Of a DNA stretch of 64,000 bases, positions 55,582 to 64,000 are shown one piece after another. A program made the translations under genes and the position numbers. The notes beneath the pieces are model-generated. The model saw only the letters and a program-made list of their open reading frames with translations. It was not told the origin of the DNA and did no database searches. How positions within the stretch are numbered: position 1 is the stretch's first letter; every line of letters starts with the position of its first letter. The stretch is from a virus: IMG/VR virus record IMGVR_UViG_2786546475_000019, positions 974 through 64,973 of that record. The stretch is one strand, 5' to 3'.

Positions 55582-55976
55582 ACGACTTTCCTCCCGTGTG
55601 TTAATGTAATTGTTTCGCCAGTTTGGGTAGTCTCTGTCCACGTCTTAGACCACGGACCTCGAATTGATAGCATCCACCCTTTGCCCTCGACCTTATGGTT
55701 CAGCTCGTGAGGTGTGTACTTTACTCGGAACTTTTTATACTCCCGTGGCCAGCCGTAAATACAGTCAAAGTCGTCCGGTTTCCGAACAAACTCCGTGGCC
55801 CATCCCATTAGGAGCATGGTCCATGCATTGAACGCATGGGTGTGGAAGTTCCGTTCAGCAGCACCGCCCTTCACTCGAAGCAGAACGATTGAGAACAAAC
55901 ATTTGATTTCAATGATAAAGAACCCTGTTACGTTGGACTTTGGTCCACCATCTTTACGCCATGATAATAACCTCAT
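55578..55976 (-). CDS. Hypothetical protein
   Basis: ORF of 132 aa, atga-coupled to the downstream gene. Confidence 0.35.
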   Translation of the reverse strand: MRLLSWRKDGGPKSNVTGFFIIEIKCLFSIVLLRVKGGAAERNFHTHAFNAWTMLLMGWATEFVRKPDDFDCIYGWPREYKKFRVKYTPHELNHKVEGKGWMLSIRGPWSKTWTETTQTGETITLTHGRKVV

Positions 55977-55979
55977 AGT

Positions 55980-58586
55980 TTAAGTTGCCCTTTCTCCCTT
56001 AATCGTTTCCCTTTTAACACCGTCTGGAGTTTCAACAAAACGAAACCCGTTGTCTTTCGGAGCTTCATACGAGAAGCGAACATTGTAGATACATGTCTTT
56101 TGCATCTCGTCAATAGCTATCAAATACATTTCCGCTAGGTTCTGTTCGAACTTCTTACGATTTGCTCGCCCCCCGTCGTCCATGTAGTTCTTATACAGAA
56201 GTTGAAGCTCCACTTTTGATCCAGGCTGTTCTTGGAGCACGGACCGTGCAAAGAGTTCAACGTCGGTTCGGTTCAAGTCCGCAGCTTGCTCTTTATCAAC
56301 CGTATCCACAACAGGAACATTCAAACGCCCCTGAGTTGGCGGTATTTGATACGCTAACAAGGCATACAGAAACGCGGGAGCTTGAGCTTCCAGTTGTTCC
56401 AAAAGAAGTTTCTTTGGAATAACTTTATCTGGCTTCTTGGGTACATTGATAACCGTGATTCGGGTGTCTCCGGGAAGTATCGGACAGAACTCACGATTGT
56501 TCGCGGTGTGAATCCAATGCGACGTATTAGGTATCATGTAAGCGGGCTTGCCTTTTGTGTTGACTGAGATTACTTTGGACGTAACATAGTCTTTAACTTT
56601 TTGATAAACAGTGGAGTCCGAGTTCAAGTTAATCTCCTCAAGAACGCAAAGCACCGCCCCAGCAAGTTCACTGTTGAACGAGCTGACTAACGCGTTCTCC
56701 GCTCGAACGACACCGGGACTAAACAACAATGATAATGCTTCATGCAAAATCGACTTCCCGGTGTCTTGCTCCGTGGAATACAAAAACAGAAACGGCAAAG
56801 GTTCAAACGGTTGTTGTATCAATGACGCGACCCACGCAAACAGATAGTCGTGTCCTTTGCAAATACCGTTCTCCGTGAACCAATTATCCTTACGAACGTA
56901 TTGATCTAGAGAGTGTCCGATATGGTCCAGAATCTTCATCCAAAGATCAAAGTTTCCTTCTTCTGGAGTGTGTCGCAGTTGAGCAGCTCCCCGATTCCAT
57001 AAACGATTACCCGGATATTCAGACTCAAAGGGTCGTGAAACAATGTTCCAGGGCTTCATGATAGCTTCACCCTGCATCTGCTGAATCTCTTTAGTGTTCA
57101 TTCCTTGGCTTTTGAGACCGAGCGTCAGGTTGGCGATCGGTTCTTCGATCCAACCGTTATCATGCGTCTCAATAGCCCAACCGGCGTCCACGCTACCCAT
57201 AATCATGTGACGAATCTGCGTATTCGTGTCCACGTCATACGGGCTACCAGTACGAGACTCTTTTATCACTTTCAACCAACGTGTTCCTTTTGCGATCCAA
57301 CCTTCAATGCCGCCTGGGTCGCCTTTGATTTTCGGAATCTCAATTTTAAGCTTGTTTTCCTTTAGCTGAGTGACAGTTGCTTGACGAGCTATCAATACTT
57401 CGTCAATGGCTTGCATTTCATGTTGCTGGAAAAGCTTAGTCAATTTATGAGCAGGAAGCACCATTCCTTTTTTATCATCTTCTAACGCTCCTGAATCTTT
57501 CACCAAGGTCCAAAGCGGTGGAACATAATTCAAATACGTGCGAGTCCATCCGTTCTTCGTGGTCCACGATTCATGTTCCTTGGCTTCGTTGCCATATCGG
57601 TACACGGCCCATGCTCCGTGTGGAAGCGGATACGCGAAGCAGTTCTGTTTGTGGAGATCAGTTCCGTCACTGATAGTCTGGAAATCGCCTTTAAACCCGA
57701 GTTCTTTGGAAGCTTGCTCCAATAGTTTAGTGTGCGTGATAAACATCTTTCCTTCCGCGTTCCAGTAACCAAACGCGGAGTTGTTATTCATCCACTCAAG
57801 CAAACGCTCATGTTCTTCTTCAAGCGTCACGGACTGTTTGTGCTTGATAATTTCTTCCATACGGTCATCAGCATAAGAGTGTTTCTTCTTACCGCTCACG
57901 ACGCCAATATGATCTCGCCATCCCAGCGGCTCTTTGATATGGGCCTCAGCTTCCTTAATAATTTGAAAGCCGTTCTCTCCCGTTTTCCGTGACCATACCC
58001 ACATATTACAACCGAAAACATCAACTGCAAGGTCAAAGTCGAAACCAGTCTCAAGACATAGTTGACTCAGAACGCCGCGAGCAAGAGCAGCGTGTTCTGC
58101 CCGACTTGTCGTAGTGATAAGGTCTTCAAAGAAAACATATAAGTGGTAGCCAGCTCCACTTTTAGATCGTTGTACTCGCACCCAAGGTACGTTACACGCT
58201 CGTTGTTGAATATCAAGTAGATCAGTCTGCGTTAGCTTGTGCTTGTGCCGAGCTGAGTGGCCCACGATACCGTCAAAGTCGAAAGCAACATATCGCGAGA
58301 TGCATTGCCCAAAGTCCCACCCCGATAAACCAACCATTGAGGCGTGATCTTCCAGGCTGAACTTGATATTTCCTTCATCGTATTTGCCATCAATTCGAAA
58401 ATTCTTCCAGACTTGAACACCGTCAGTCCACTCCCGGTAGGTCCGACCTTTGTATTCCTTATCAACAGGCTCGCCGCCATCAGCGGCTACGTTTACTTGA
58501 ACTTCCATTGTAGGCGAGTATAACGCCGCCATGTGGGGTTCTGCGTTATCACGCAAGAATCGTTCTAAAGCTTCACTTTTACGCAT
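55980..58586 (-). CDS. Bifunctional primase-helicase: AEP/PrimPol-type primase N-terminal domain plus a D5/P4-alpha-like SF3 helicase C-terminal domain
   Basis: VAFDFDG ... SGAGYHLYVFF (AEP motifs). LYSTEQDTGKS Walker A. ATG at 58586 with a gagg RBS preferred over the TTG at 58592. Confidence 0.75.
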   Translation of the reverse strand: MRKSEALERFLRDNAEPHMAALYSPTMEVQVNVAADGGEPVDKEYKGRTYREWTDGVQVWKNFRIDGKYDEGNIKFSLEDHASMVGLSGWDFGQCISRYVAFDFDGIVGHSARHKHKLTQTDLLDIQQRACNVPWVRVQRSKSGAGYHLYVFFEDLITTTSRAEHAALARGVLSQLCLETGFDFDLAVDVFGCNMWVWSRKTGENGFQIIKEAEAHIKEPLGWRDHIGVVSGKKKHSYADDRMEEIIKHKQSVTLEEEHERLLEWMNNNSAFGYWNAEGKMFITHTKLLEQASKELGFKGDFQTISDGTDLHKQNCFAYPLPHGAWAVYRYGNEAKEHESWTTKNGWTRTYLNYVPPLWTLVKDSGALEDDKKGMVLPAHKLTKLFQQHEMQAIDEVLIARQATVTQLKENKLKIEIPKIKGDPGGIEGWIAKGTRWLKVIKESRTGSPYDVDTNTQIRHMIMGSVDAGWAIETHDNGWIEEPIANLTLGLKSQGMNTKEIQQMQGEAIMKPWNIVSRPFESEYPGNRLWNRGAAQLRHTPEEGNFDLWMKILDHIGHSLDQYVRKDNWFTENGICKGHDYLFAWVASLIQQPFEPLPFLFLYSTEQDTGKSILHEALSLLFSPGVVRAENALVSSFNSELAGAVLCVLEEINLNSDSTVYQKVKDYVTSKVISVNTKGKPAYMIPNTSHWIHTANNREFCPILPGDTRITVINVPKKPDKVIPKKLLLEQLEAQAPAFLYALLAYQIPPTQGRLNVPVVDTVDKEQAADLNRTDVELFARSVLQEQPGSKVELQLLYKNYMDDGGRANRKKFEQNLAEMYLIAIDEMQKTCIYNVRFSYEAPKDNGFRFVETPDGVKRETIKGERAT

Positions 58587-59017
58587 TAACAAACCTCATT
58601 AACAAATTGATATCATTTTCGATAACAGATTCGAGAAAGCCCGAAACAACCAGACTTCACCCTATAGCTACGAGTGGCGGGATATCGGATTGCCCCACAA
58701 AATGAAAATAAATCGAGTTAATGGAAATTGATACGAAACTTTAATGACGTTTCCAGTGCAGCGTTATCATTATTCTCTCACGTACGCGAAGCCATTAACG
58801 TTTTTGATACTCAAACCTTTAATTTAAGCTTCTACTTCTTATGGGTACGAGGTGAAAGTAAAATATAGTAGTAGTGTAAATATTATAAGGATTTCAGCCG
58901 CTCAGGCGAGCTTCTGATAAGAAAACGTTAATGAGCCAAATTTTACGTTAAATTGGTATGTTTCGACGGGAATTGATACCGTCTCACTGCTCTCCTCCCG
59001 AACCTTGCATCTTGGCT

Positions 59018-59059
59018 CACGCTACACGTATCACGCTACACGTATCACGCTACACGTAC
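59018..59059. repeat. cacgctacacgtat x3 tandem 14-bp repeats (iteron-like), followed by the ACGT-rich palindrome tacgcgta
   Basis: Seen directly. Confidence 0.85.
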
Positions 59060-59144
59060 GCGTAGCACGTGGGTACGTGCCAGGGCCAAAGACCTTGAGT
59101 TCTCTTTTAAGTCTCGGAACTGACGTGTAAATTAGTAAGCGGTT

Positions 59145-59359
59145 ATCATTTTGCGTGAGCAAATGATAATTCTCGCGTGCTCCCGCGTGTCCCGCACGTG
59201 CGACTATTTAAATACGCGACGTGCGTAAATGATATGATACATGGTTTTCAAAATACTTGAAAATATTTTCAAAATACGGGGCAATCCTGCCCGGTTTTAT
59301 TCGTAGCTATAGGGGGAAAGTAGACTGTTTTACTTTCCAAAACGACTATCATATCATTT
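59145..59359. promoter_or_regulatory. Operator-like region. It has the palindrome TTATCATTTtgcgtgagcAAATGATAA (59144-69). It also has the inverted pair AAATGATATGATA (59227-39) and TATCATATCATTT (59347-59). Inside it are the 16-bp palindrome ttgaaaatattttcaa and two copies of ttttcaaaatac
   Basis: Seen directly. Same architecture as 54143-54285. Confidence 0.55.
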
Positions 59360-60403
59360 GTGGAGAAGTCCAACATGGCAGAAGAAACTCAAGCTACCGA
59401 AACTATCATTTCAGAAGGATTGACTCAAGAGCAGTTCGAATCCGTGGGTAGCGACATTCAGGCGATTTCTATCAATGAGATCACCGTCCCTGAAGTTAAG
59501 CTTCGTGGCGTGAACACCGAAGGGGAAGAATACTTGGAACTCAAGGATTCTATCAAATCGCAAGGACTGTTGCAGAACATTACTGTACGTCCCGTCGAAA
59601 TCGCTGGCAAGCAAGGCTACGAACTTATCACTGGGCTCCAGCGATATACTGCTTGCAAGGAACTCGGACATGAGACTATCGACGCTCGTGTGAAAGAAAT
59701 GTCCGAGCAAGAAGCTTGGTTGTGGATGATCCACGAAAACACTCAACGTGTTACGCAAAAAGCGTCAGATATCACCAAGCTCTTGAAGCGTCTGATCGCC
59801 AAAGATCCAACGATGTCTATTCCACGACTCGCGAAGCTTTTGTCGAAGTCCGTGCCCCAAGTACAGAACTATCTGGCACTTGATAAACTGACCGACGAGG
59901 CAAAGGAATTGGTCGATGATGAAACCATCGGTTTGACCAACGCAGTTGCTCTCGCCAAGCTCCCACCTGAGGAGCAGGAAGACTTGCTTGCTGACGCGTC
60001 AACAATGACCGTTGCTGAATTTGTTCCACTTGTAAACGAACGAAAAGAAAAGGTTGATCAAGCCAATCGTGAAGCTCGTGAACAGGAAAAGAACACGTTT
60101 TCTCCGAAACCAAAAGCTCGCAAGAAAGACGATCTCGTCACCGAGCTTGGAATTATCATGGGCACGGAGACTGGCACTTCGCTTCTTATGGAGTGCTTGA
60201 ACGGTCAGGATGTTGATACTTCCAACCAGAATGTCAAGGCAGTTATCACTCAGACAATGGAGTGGGTCCTGAACCTTGATCCAGCGTCCGTCGACGCTCA
60301 ACGAGCGAAATGGGAAGACGCCAAAAAGAAGCGGGAAGAACGAGAAAAAGCGAAAGCTGCCGCTCGTGCCGAACGTGAAAAGGCGAAAGCCCTGGAAATC
60401 TAA
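59360..60403 (+). CDS. ParB-like N-terminal domain protein with a highly charged KE-rich C-terminal tail
   Basis: YELITGLQRYTACKELG matches the ParB GxxRxxA box. RBS ggagaag. Confidence 0.55.
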   Translation: MEKSNMAEETQATETIISEGLTQEQFESVGSDIQAISINEITVPEVKLRGVNTEGEEYLELKDSIKSQGLLQNITVRPVEIAGKQGYELITGLQRYTACKELGHETIDARVKEMSEQEAWLWMIHENTQRVTQKASDITKLLKRLIAKDPTMSIPRLAKLLSKSVPQVQNYLALDKLTDEAKELVDDETIGLTNAVALAKLPPEEQEDLLADASTMTVAEFVPLVNERKEKVDQANREAREQEKNTFSPKPKARKKDDLVTELGIIMGTETGTSLLMECLNGQDVDTSNQNVKAVITQTMEWVLNLDPASVDAQRAKWEDAKKKREEREKAKAAARAEREKAKALEI

Positions 60404-60487
60404 ATTGATAGTTTCAATTTAGTTTCAATTTAGATTCCATCTGATACTTCAATTTTAAACTTCAACTTCAATTTAAAAGGACATTTT

Positions 60488-61156
60488 ATGTCTCAACTTG
60501 CACAGCTCAAGAAAAAAGTTTCCAACAAACCTGATCCTCAAGAACGTAACTTGATAACATCCGGCTCTAACATGCCGTACGTCAAGTTGTGTGGCTCAAG
60601 CACCACGCTTGTGAAGCAGGGTATCATTCCAATGGGGCATCACTCCCTAACGGAAGGTCAGAATCACATTGACCTTGGAAACGAGTTTCTTGCTGCGTTT
60701 ATTTCAAATCGTCCAAAAGCCGTTCACTACGGCGAAGATTTGACTATCAGTTATGATCCGACGAAACCTGAGTTTCAGGAGATTATGAAGAAAGCTGATT
60801 TGGGTGGACAAGCCGCTCGTGGGTATTCCTACGGTTACGAGTTTCTTCTATACTTGCCAGAGCAAAACAAAATGGCAACGTATCATTTTGGAAATCCCAC
60901 GGCTCGCCAGTCAACTGATGCGATCCTTGCATTGTTTGACGACCACAACTTCTTCATGGCGACGGTCAGCTCCACACTGATCGAGCGGAAAGGCAATTCA
61001 TGGCACGGTCCTGTAGTCAAATACTACGAGAACCCTGTTGAAATGCCAAAGTTTGATGCTGAAACTGTTCAAGCTTCCATTGAGAAGTTTGATAATCCTG
61101 TCCCATTGATCGGTACCGAAGTGGCTACTGACGAAGTGGCAAACGATCTTGAGTAA
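60488..61156 (+). CDS. Hypothetical protein
   Basis: ORF of 222 aa. AT-rich direct repeats upstream. Confidence 0.4.
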   Translation: MSQLAQLKKKVSNKPDPQERNLITSGSNMPYVKLCGSSTTLVKQGIIPMGHHSLTEGQNHIDLGNEFLAAFISNRPKAVHYGEDLTISYDPTKPEFQEIMKKADLGGQAARGYSYGYEFLLYLPEQNKMATYHFGNPTARQSTDAILALFDDHNFFMATVSSTLIERKGNSWHGPVVKYYENPVEMPKFDAETVQASIEKFDNPVPLIGTEVATDEVANDLE

Positions 61157-61442
61157 GCGACCAAAGTGGGAGTTCTTTGAACCTCAAAAATTCAAAAAGC
61201 TTCTATACGAAGCAGACCAGACTGATTTGTCTGGTCTGCATTCGCTTACTGATATTTCACAACATTACGGCGAGCGTAATAGACACCACTATTACGCTCT
61301 CGTTTTCGTTTGTGACATTGAGGAAATAACTCGTATTGCCCCACACGTCAACGTAACAATCTGTACGGTCGTTGATAAAAAGTATTATTGTTTGGCCTCA
61401 GGAAGTAAAGAATCATGGATCAAGCTCGGTTACATGAAATAA
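61149..61442 (+). CDS. Hypothetical protein
   Basis: ORF of 97 aa. Confidence 0.3.
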   Translation: MSKRPKWEFFEPQKFKKLLYEADQTDLSGLHSLTDISQHYGERNRHHYYALVFVCDIEEITRIAPHVNVTICTVVDKKYYCLASGSKESWIKLGYMK

Positions 61443-63412
61443 GAAATTCACACAAAGGGATAAACGTCATCCGCCCCAGCTTAATGAGTAAGCTGGCAGA
61501 AGGTCCAGTACGTCTAAAGCTCACGTACCAAGGCCGACGTTATCCTATGACGTTCAACATCAACAGCGATGCCACTGAAATATCAATTAAGTTCCCCTTC
61601 TCAAGAAAAGGGCTTGAGCTGGTCAAGACTCGCTTCGGGGGACGTAAATGGGACAAAACCAATGAGCGTTGGACCATGCCGCTCACAATGCGTAACTTGT
61701 TCCTAATGGACCTACTCTCAGGAGGCAAACCTCATTTAAATTGGCGTCGTGAGGAAGACTACACCGACTTTATCAAAGAGTTCTGGGCTCAACGAGATAA
61801 ACCTTTCGAGTGTGAATTGTTTCAACATCAGATTGAAATGATAAATCTTGCTCTCAACTCTCGACACGTAATCCTGGCCGCAGATATGGGCCTTGGCAAA
61901 ACGTTAACGGCAATCGTTGTTATGGAGATTCTAGGAATTCCCAAGTGTACTTGGGTGGCTCCTAATGCTCCGTTAGCTCAAGCAAAGAACGAGTTTCGAG
62001 ATTGGCGAACACTGACTCAGGCTCGGTGGCTCACGTATCGTGGAGCCGTAAAATGGCAAAACGAATACACTGGTAAAGCTCCGAAAGCTTTTATCATTGA
62101 CGAATCTGCCTACATTAAAAACAAATCACAACGAACAGATGCTTGTTTGTACATTGCCGACTGCGTACGAGAGGAGCATGGCCTGGACTCATTAATCCTG
62201 CTCCTGTCGGGTAAACCAGCTCCTAAGTCCCCACCTGATTGGTTTAACCAAGTGGAAGCAATTTGTCCCGGAGCTATCAACGAGAATTCAAAATATACTC
62301 TTGAACGTCGCTTAGGTCTTTGGAAACAATCTGAATACGGCGAGTTCCAAGAACTTGTTACTTGGTATGATAACGAAGATAAGTGTGCCCATTGCGGGGA
62401 GATTAAACTTCACCCTAACCATCAAGAGCTTGACTTCGAAGAATTTATTCGTCACGGCTCTACTGGCGAACTAGCCACGTATGAGCGTCACGAATTCCAA
62501 CCGTCGGTAAACGAAGTTATCAAGTTCGGTCAACGGCTTAATGGCTTTTGTGGTGTGTGGCAAAAAGAAGATTGCACTGACTTGCCGCCAAAGCAATTCC
62601 ACGTGGAACAACTCGTTGTTACTCCTGAAATGTTGAACTTAGCTAAGTCTTACATGGCGAAAGCAACATCAGGTTCCGAGTCTTTGATATTTTTACGAAC
62701 ATTATCTGATGGTTTTGTTTACCAGAAGATACCAACCGATCAACTTGCTGTATGCCAAGGGTGTCATGGCGAAAAGCAAGTCGAAATGATAGACCCTGAC
62801 ACTAACGAAACGTTTTGGGCTGATTGTCACACGTGCCACGGTGAAGGATCAGTGCCGCTTATTGAACGAGTCTATCAAACGTACCCAACACCTAAGTTGG
62901 ATTACTTACACAAGTTACTTGAACTTCATAAGGAGACTGGACGATTTGTGACATTTGCAGCTTTCCAAGCATCAGTAGACATCATTACCAACTTTGCATT
63001 GCAAAAGAATTGGCAAGTGATACAAGCTGATGGGCGAGGCTGGATGTTCCACAAAGGTATTGATAACGTTGCTAAGATGAAGAAAGGGGAAATGCTAGAT
63101 TACTTCCAGAAAGGCCCGGACGACCGCGTATTATTCGTAGGTCAACCCGGAGCTGCTGGTAGTGGATTGACATTGCATCGCTCACCCGGAGTCTTCTTTT
63201 ACTCCAATGATAACGTACCGAATAACCGGTTTCAAGCTATTGATCGAGTTCATCGTATTGGTATGCGTGACGATGGTGGTCACGTCTACGATTGTTTGTG
63301 TTTACCGTCGGATAAACGTATTTTGTCCACGTTAAATAATTCAGAACGATTATCATCTATTACTCTTGACCAGTTGAAGAAGGATTATGAGCACTACCAC
63401 CCCACAAATTGA
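61415..63412 (+). CDS. SNF2-family helicase with an inserted CxxC...CxxC zinc finger
   Basis: ILAADMGLGKT (motif I), IIDESAYIKN (II), LFVGQPGAAGSGLTLH, QAIDRVHRIGM (VI). Confidence 0.7.
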   Translation: MDQARLHEIRNSHKGINVIRPSLMSKLAEGPVRLKLTYQGRRYPMTFNINSDATEISIKFPFSRKGLELVKTRFGGRKWDKTNERWTMPLTMRNLFLMDLLSGGKPHLNWRREEDYTDFIKEFWAQRDKPFECELFQHQIEMINLALNSRHVILAADMGLGKTLTAIVVMEILGIPKCTWVAPNAPLAQAKNEFRDWRTLTQARWLTYRGAVKWQNEYTGKAPKAFIIDESAYIKNKSQRTDACLYIADCVREEHGLDSLILLLSGKPAPKSPPDWFNQVEAICPGAINENSKYTLERRLGLWKQSEYGEFQELVTWYDNEDKCAHCGEIKLHPNHQELDFEEFIRHGSTGELATYERHEFQPSVNEVIKFGQRLNGFCGVWQKEDCTDLPPKQFHVEQLVVTPEMLNLAKSYMAKATSGSESLIFLRTLSDGFVYQKIPTDQLAVCQGCHGEKQVEMIDPDTNETFWADCHTCHGEGSVPLIERVYQTYPTPKLDYLHKLLELHKETGRFVTFAAFQASVDIITNFALQKNWQVIQADGRGWMFHKGIDNVAKMKKGEMLDYFQKGPDDRVLFVGQPGAAGSGLTLHRSPGVFFYSNDNVPNNRFQAIDRVHRIGMRDDGGHVYDCLCLPSDKRILSTLNNSERLSSITLDQLKKDYEHYHPTN

Positions 63413-64000
63413 AATGATTCCGTTAAGCGACATCTATTCAGATGATTCGTTTAACTGTCGTCAAAAATTTAAAGATCGCGAAGTCAGAGGACTTTCCCGA
63501 AGTATCAAAGCTAAGGGATTGTTTACTCCGATTATCGTTCGACCAAAGCCCGGACCTAATGGTGAGAAATACACTATTGTCGCGGGACACCGTCGTAAAC
63601 GAGCCACGGAGCTTGCAGGCCAAACCCATATTCAAGCTATCGTTAAGAACCTTACGGACGACGAAGCTCGAAATATCAATTTGAAAGAGAACTTGGAACG
63701 CCAAGATTTGACACTTTGGCAAGAAGTGAAAGCTCTTGAGTGGTATCGAGATCAACAACTGAACGTCTTTCAAATTATGGACCGTATCAATCAAACAGAA
63801 GCGTGGATTGAGAACCGGCTTCTCGTTCTTCGGATGCCTGCGGGGGTTCAAGAAATGGTTGAAATGGGTCACTTAACTTTAGGCCATATTCGAAGCTTGA
63901 AAAAGTTTATGAATCGTCCTGACTTGCTTGGAAAGTATGCAGCCAAGCTATCAGAGCGGTACGCTTTGGGCAACAAAAACGTCACTCTTGCCCACATTCT
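63387..64000 (+). CDS. ParB-like N-terminal domain protein (3' partial at the window end)
   Basis: TIVAGHRRKRATELAG ParB box. The ORF runs off the window. Confidence 0.5.
   Translation, partial: MSTTTPQIEMIPLSDIYSDDSFNCRQKFKDREVRGLSRSIKAKGLFTPIIVRPKPGPNGEKYTIVAGHRRKRATELAGQTHIQAIVKNLTDDEARNINLKENLERQDLTLWQEVKALEWYRDQQLNVFQIMDRINQTEAWIENRLLVLRMPAGVQEMVEMGHLTLGHIRSLKKFMNRPDLLGKYAAKLSERYALGNKNVTLAHI

Noticed and set aside
58587-59359. tRNA or other structured RNA gene in the large intergenic region
   Set aside because: No cloverleaf-compatible arrangement with a T-loop (GTTCRANYC) or acceptor-stem pairing could be found by eye. The repeats look like DNA-binding sites.
59257-59451. ORF 59257..59451 (+) spanning the control region into the ParB gene
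   Set aside because: It is in an alternative frame across the palindrome-rich intergenic DNA and overlaps the well-initiated ParB-like gene.
1-64000. Integrase, CI-like repressor or att site that would mark prophage boundaries
   Set aside because: No tyrosine or serine recombinase motifs, and no host-like flanking genes, were seen in any frame in this window. The boundaries and lifestyle cannot be decided from here.

Overview
Judged by gene content, this window is a segment of a tailed dsDNA phage or prophage. GC content looks roughly mid-40s by eye. No rRNA, tRNA, CRISPR array, integrase or transposase is visible. Positions 1-855 and 2218-2687 are repeat-rich non-coding DNA. They carry tandem GGACC heptads, two ~33-bp units with consecutive hairpins, a 53-nt hairpin, 20-bp iteron-like repeats, and the 12-mer GGTCCGTGGACC. 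They flank an orphan 453-aa gene that ends in an (EA)7 repeat. From 2688 to 33612 the genes run on the + strand. They comprise a Cys-rich small protein, tail-fibre and beta-helix proteins, and an unusual cluster of membrane, secreted and coiled-coil proteins. That cluster holds a holin-like protein and an intracellular S8 subtilisin-like protease but no recognisable endolysin. Next comes a lambda-like morphogenesis module: GpA-family large terminase, portal, scaffold, capsid, tail genes, a 1199-aa tape measure and a J-like tail tip. The + strand ends with accessory genes: a DXD glycosyltransferase, an HTH fused to an Mre11/SbcD-like metallophosphoesterase, and an SPFH-domain protein. From 33580 to 58586 the genes run on the - strand and form the early, replication and nucleotide-metabolism module. 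It includes an AEP primase fused to a D5-like helicase, a Dam-family N6-adenine methyltransferase, a Dda/RecD-like helicase, a DHH-DHHA1 phosphoesterase and MazG. It also has a ParB-like protein, two sigma-70-family proteins, ThyA, a P-loop kinase, a deoxyribosyltransferase-like protein, a short C5-MTase-like protein and a DEDD exonuclease. Many small Zn-ribbon and unknown ORFs fill the gaps. From 59360 to the end the + strand carries two ParB-like genes around an SNF2-family helicase. Two non-coding signals stand out. Four copies of a ~60-bp palindromic element with a covarying inner stem precede early genes, each fused to a conserved start region TGAAAGGATTATC-ATG. Two control regions, at 54.1 kb and 58.6-59.4 kb, share an AAATGATA-based operator architecture; the second also has a 3 x 14-bp tandem repeat.
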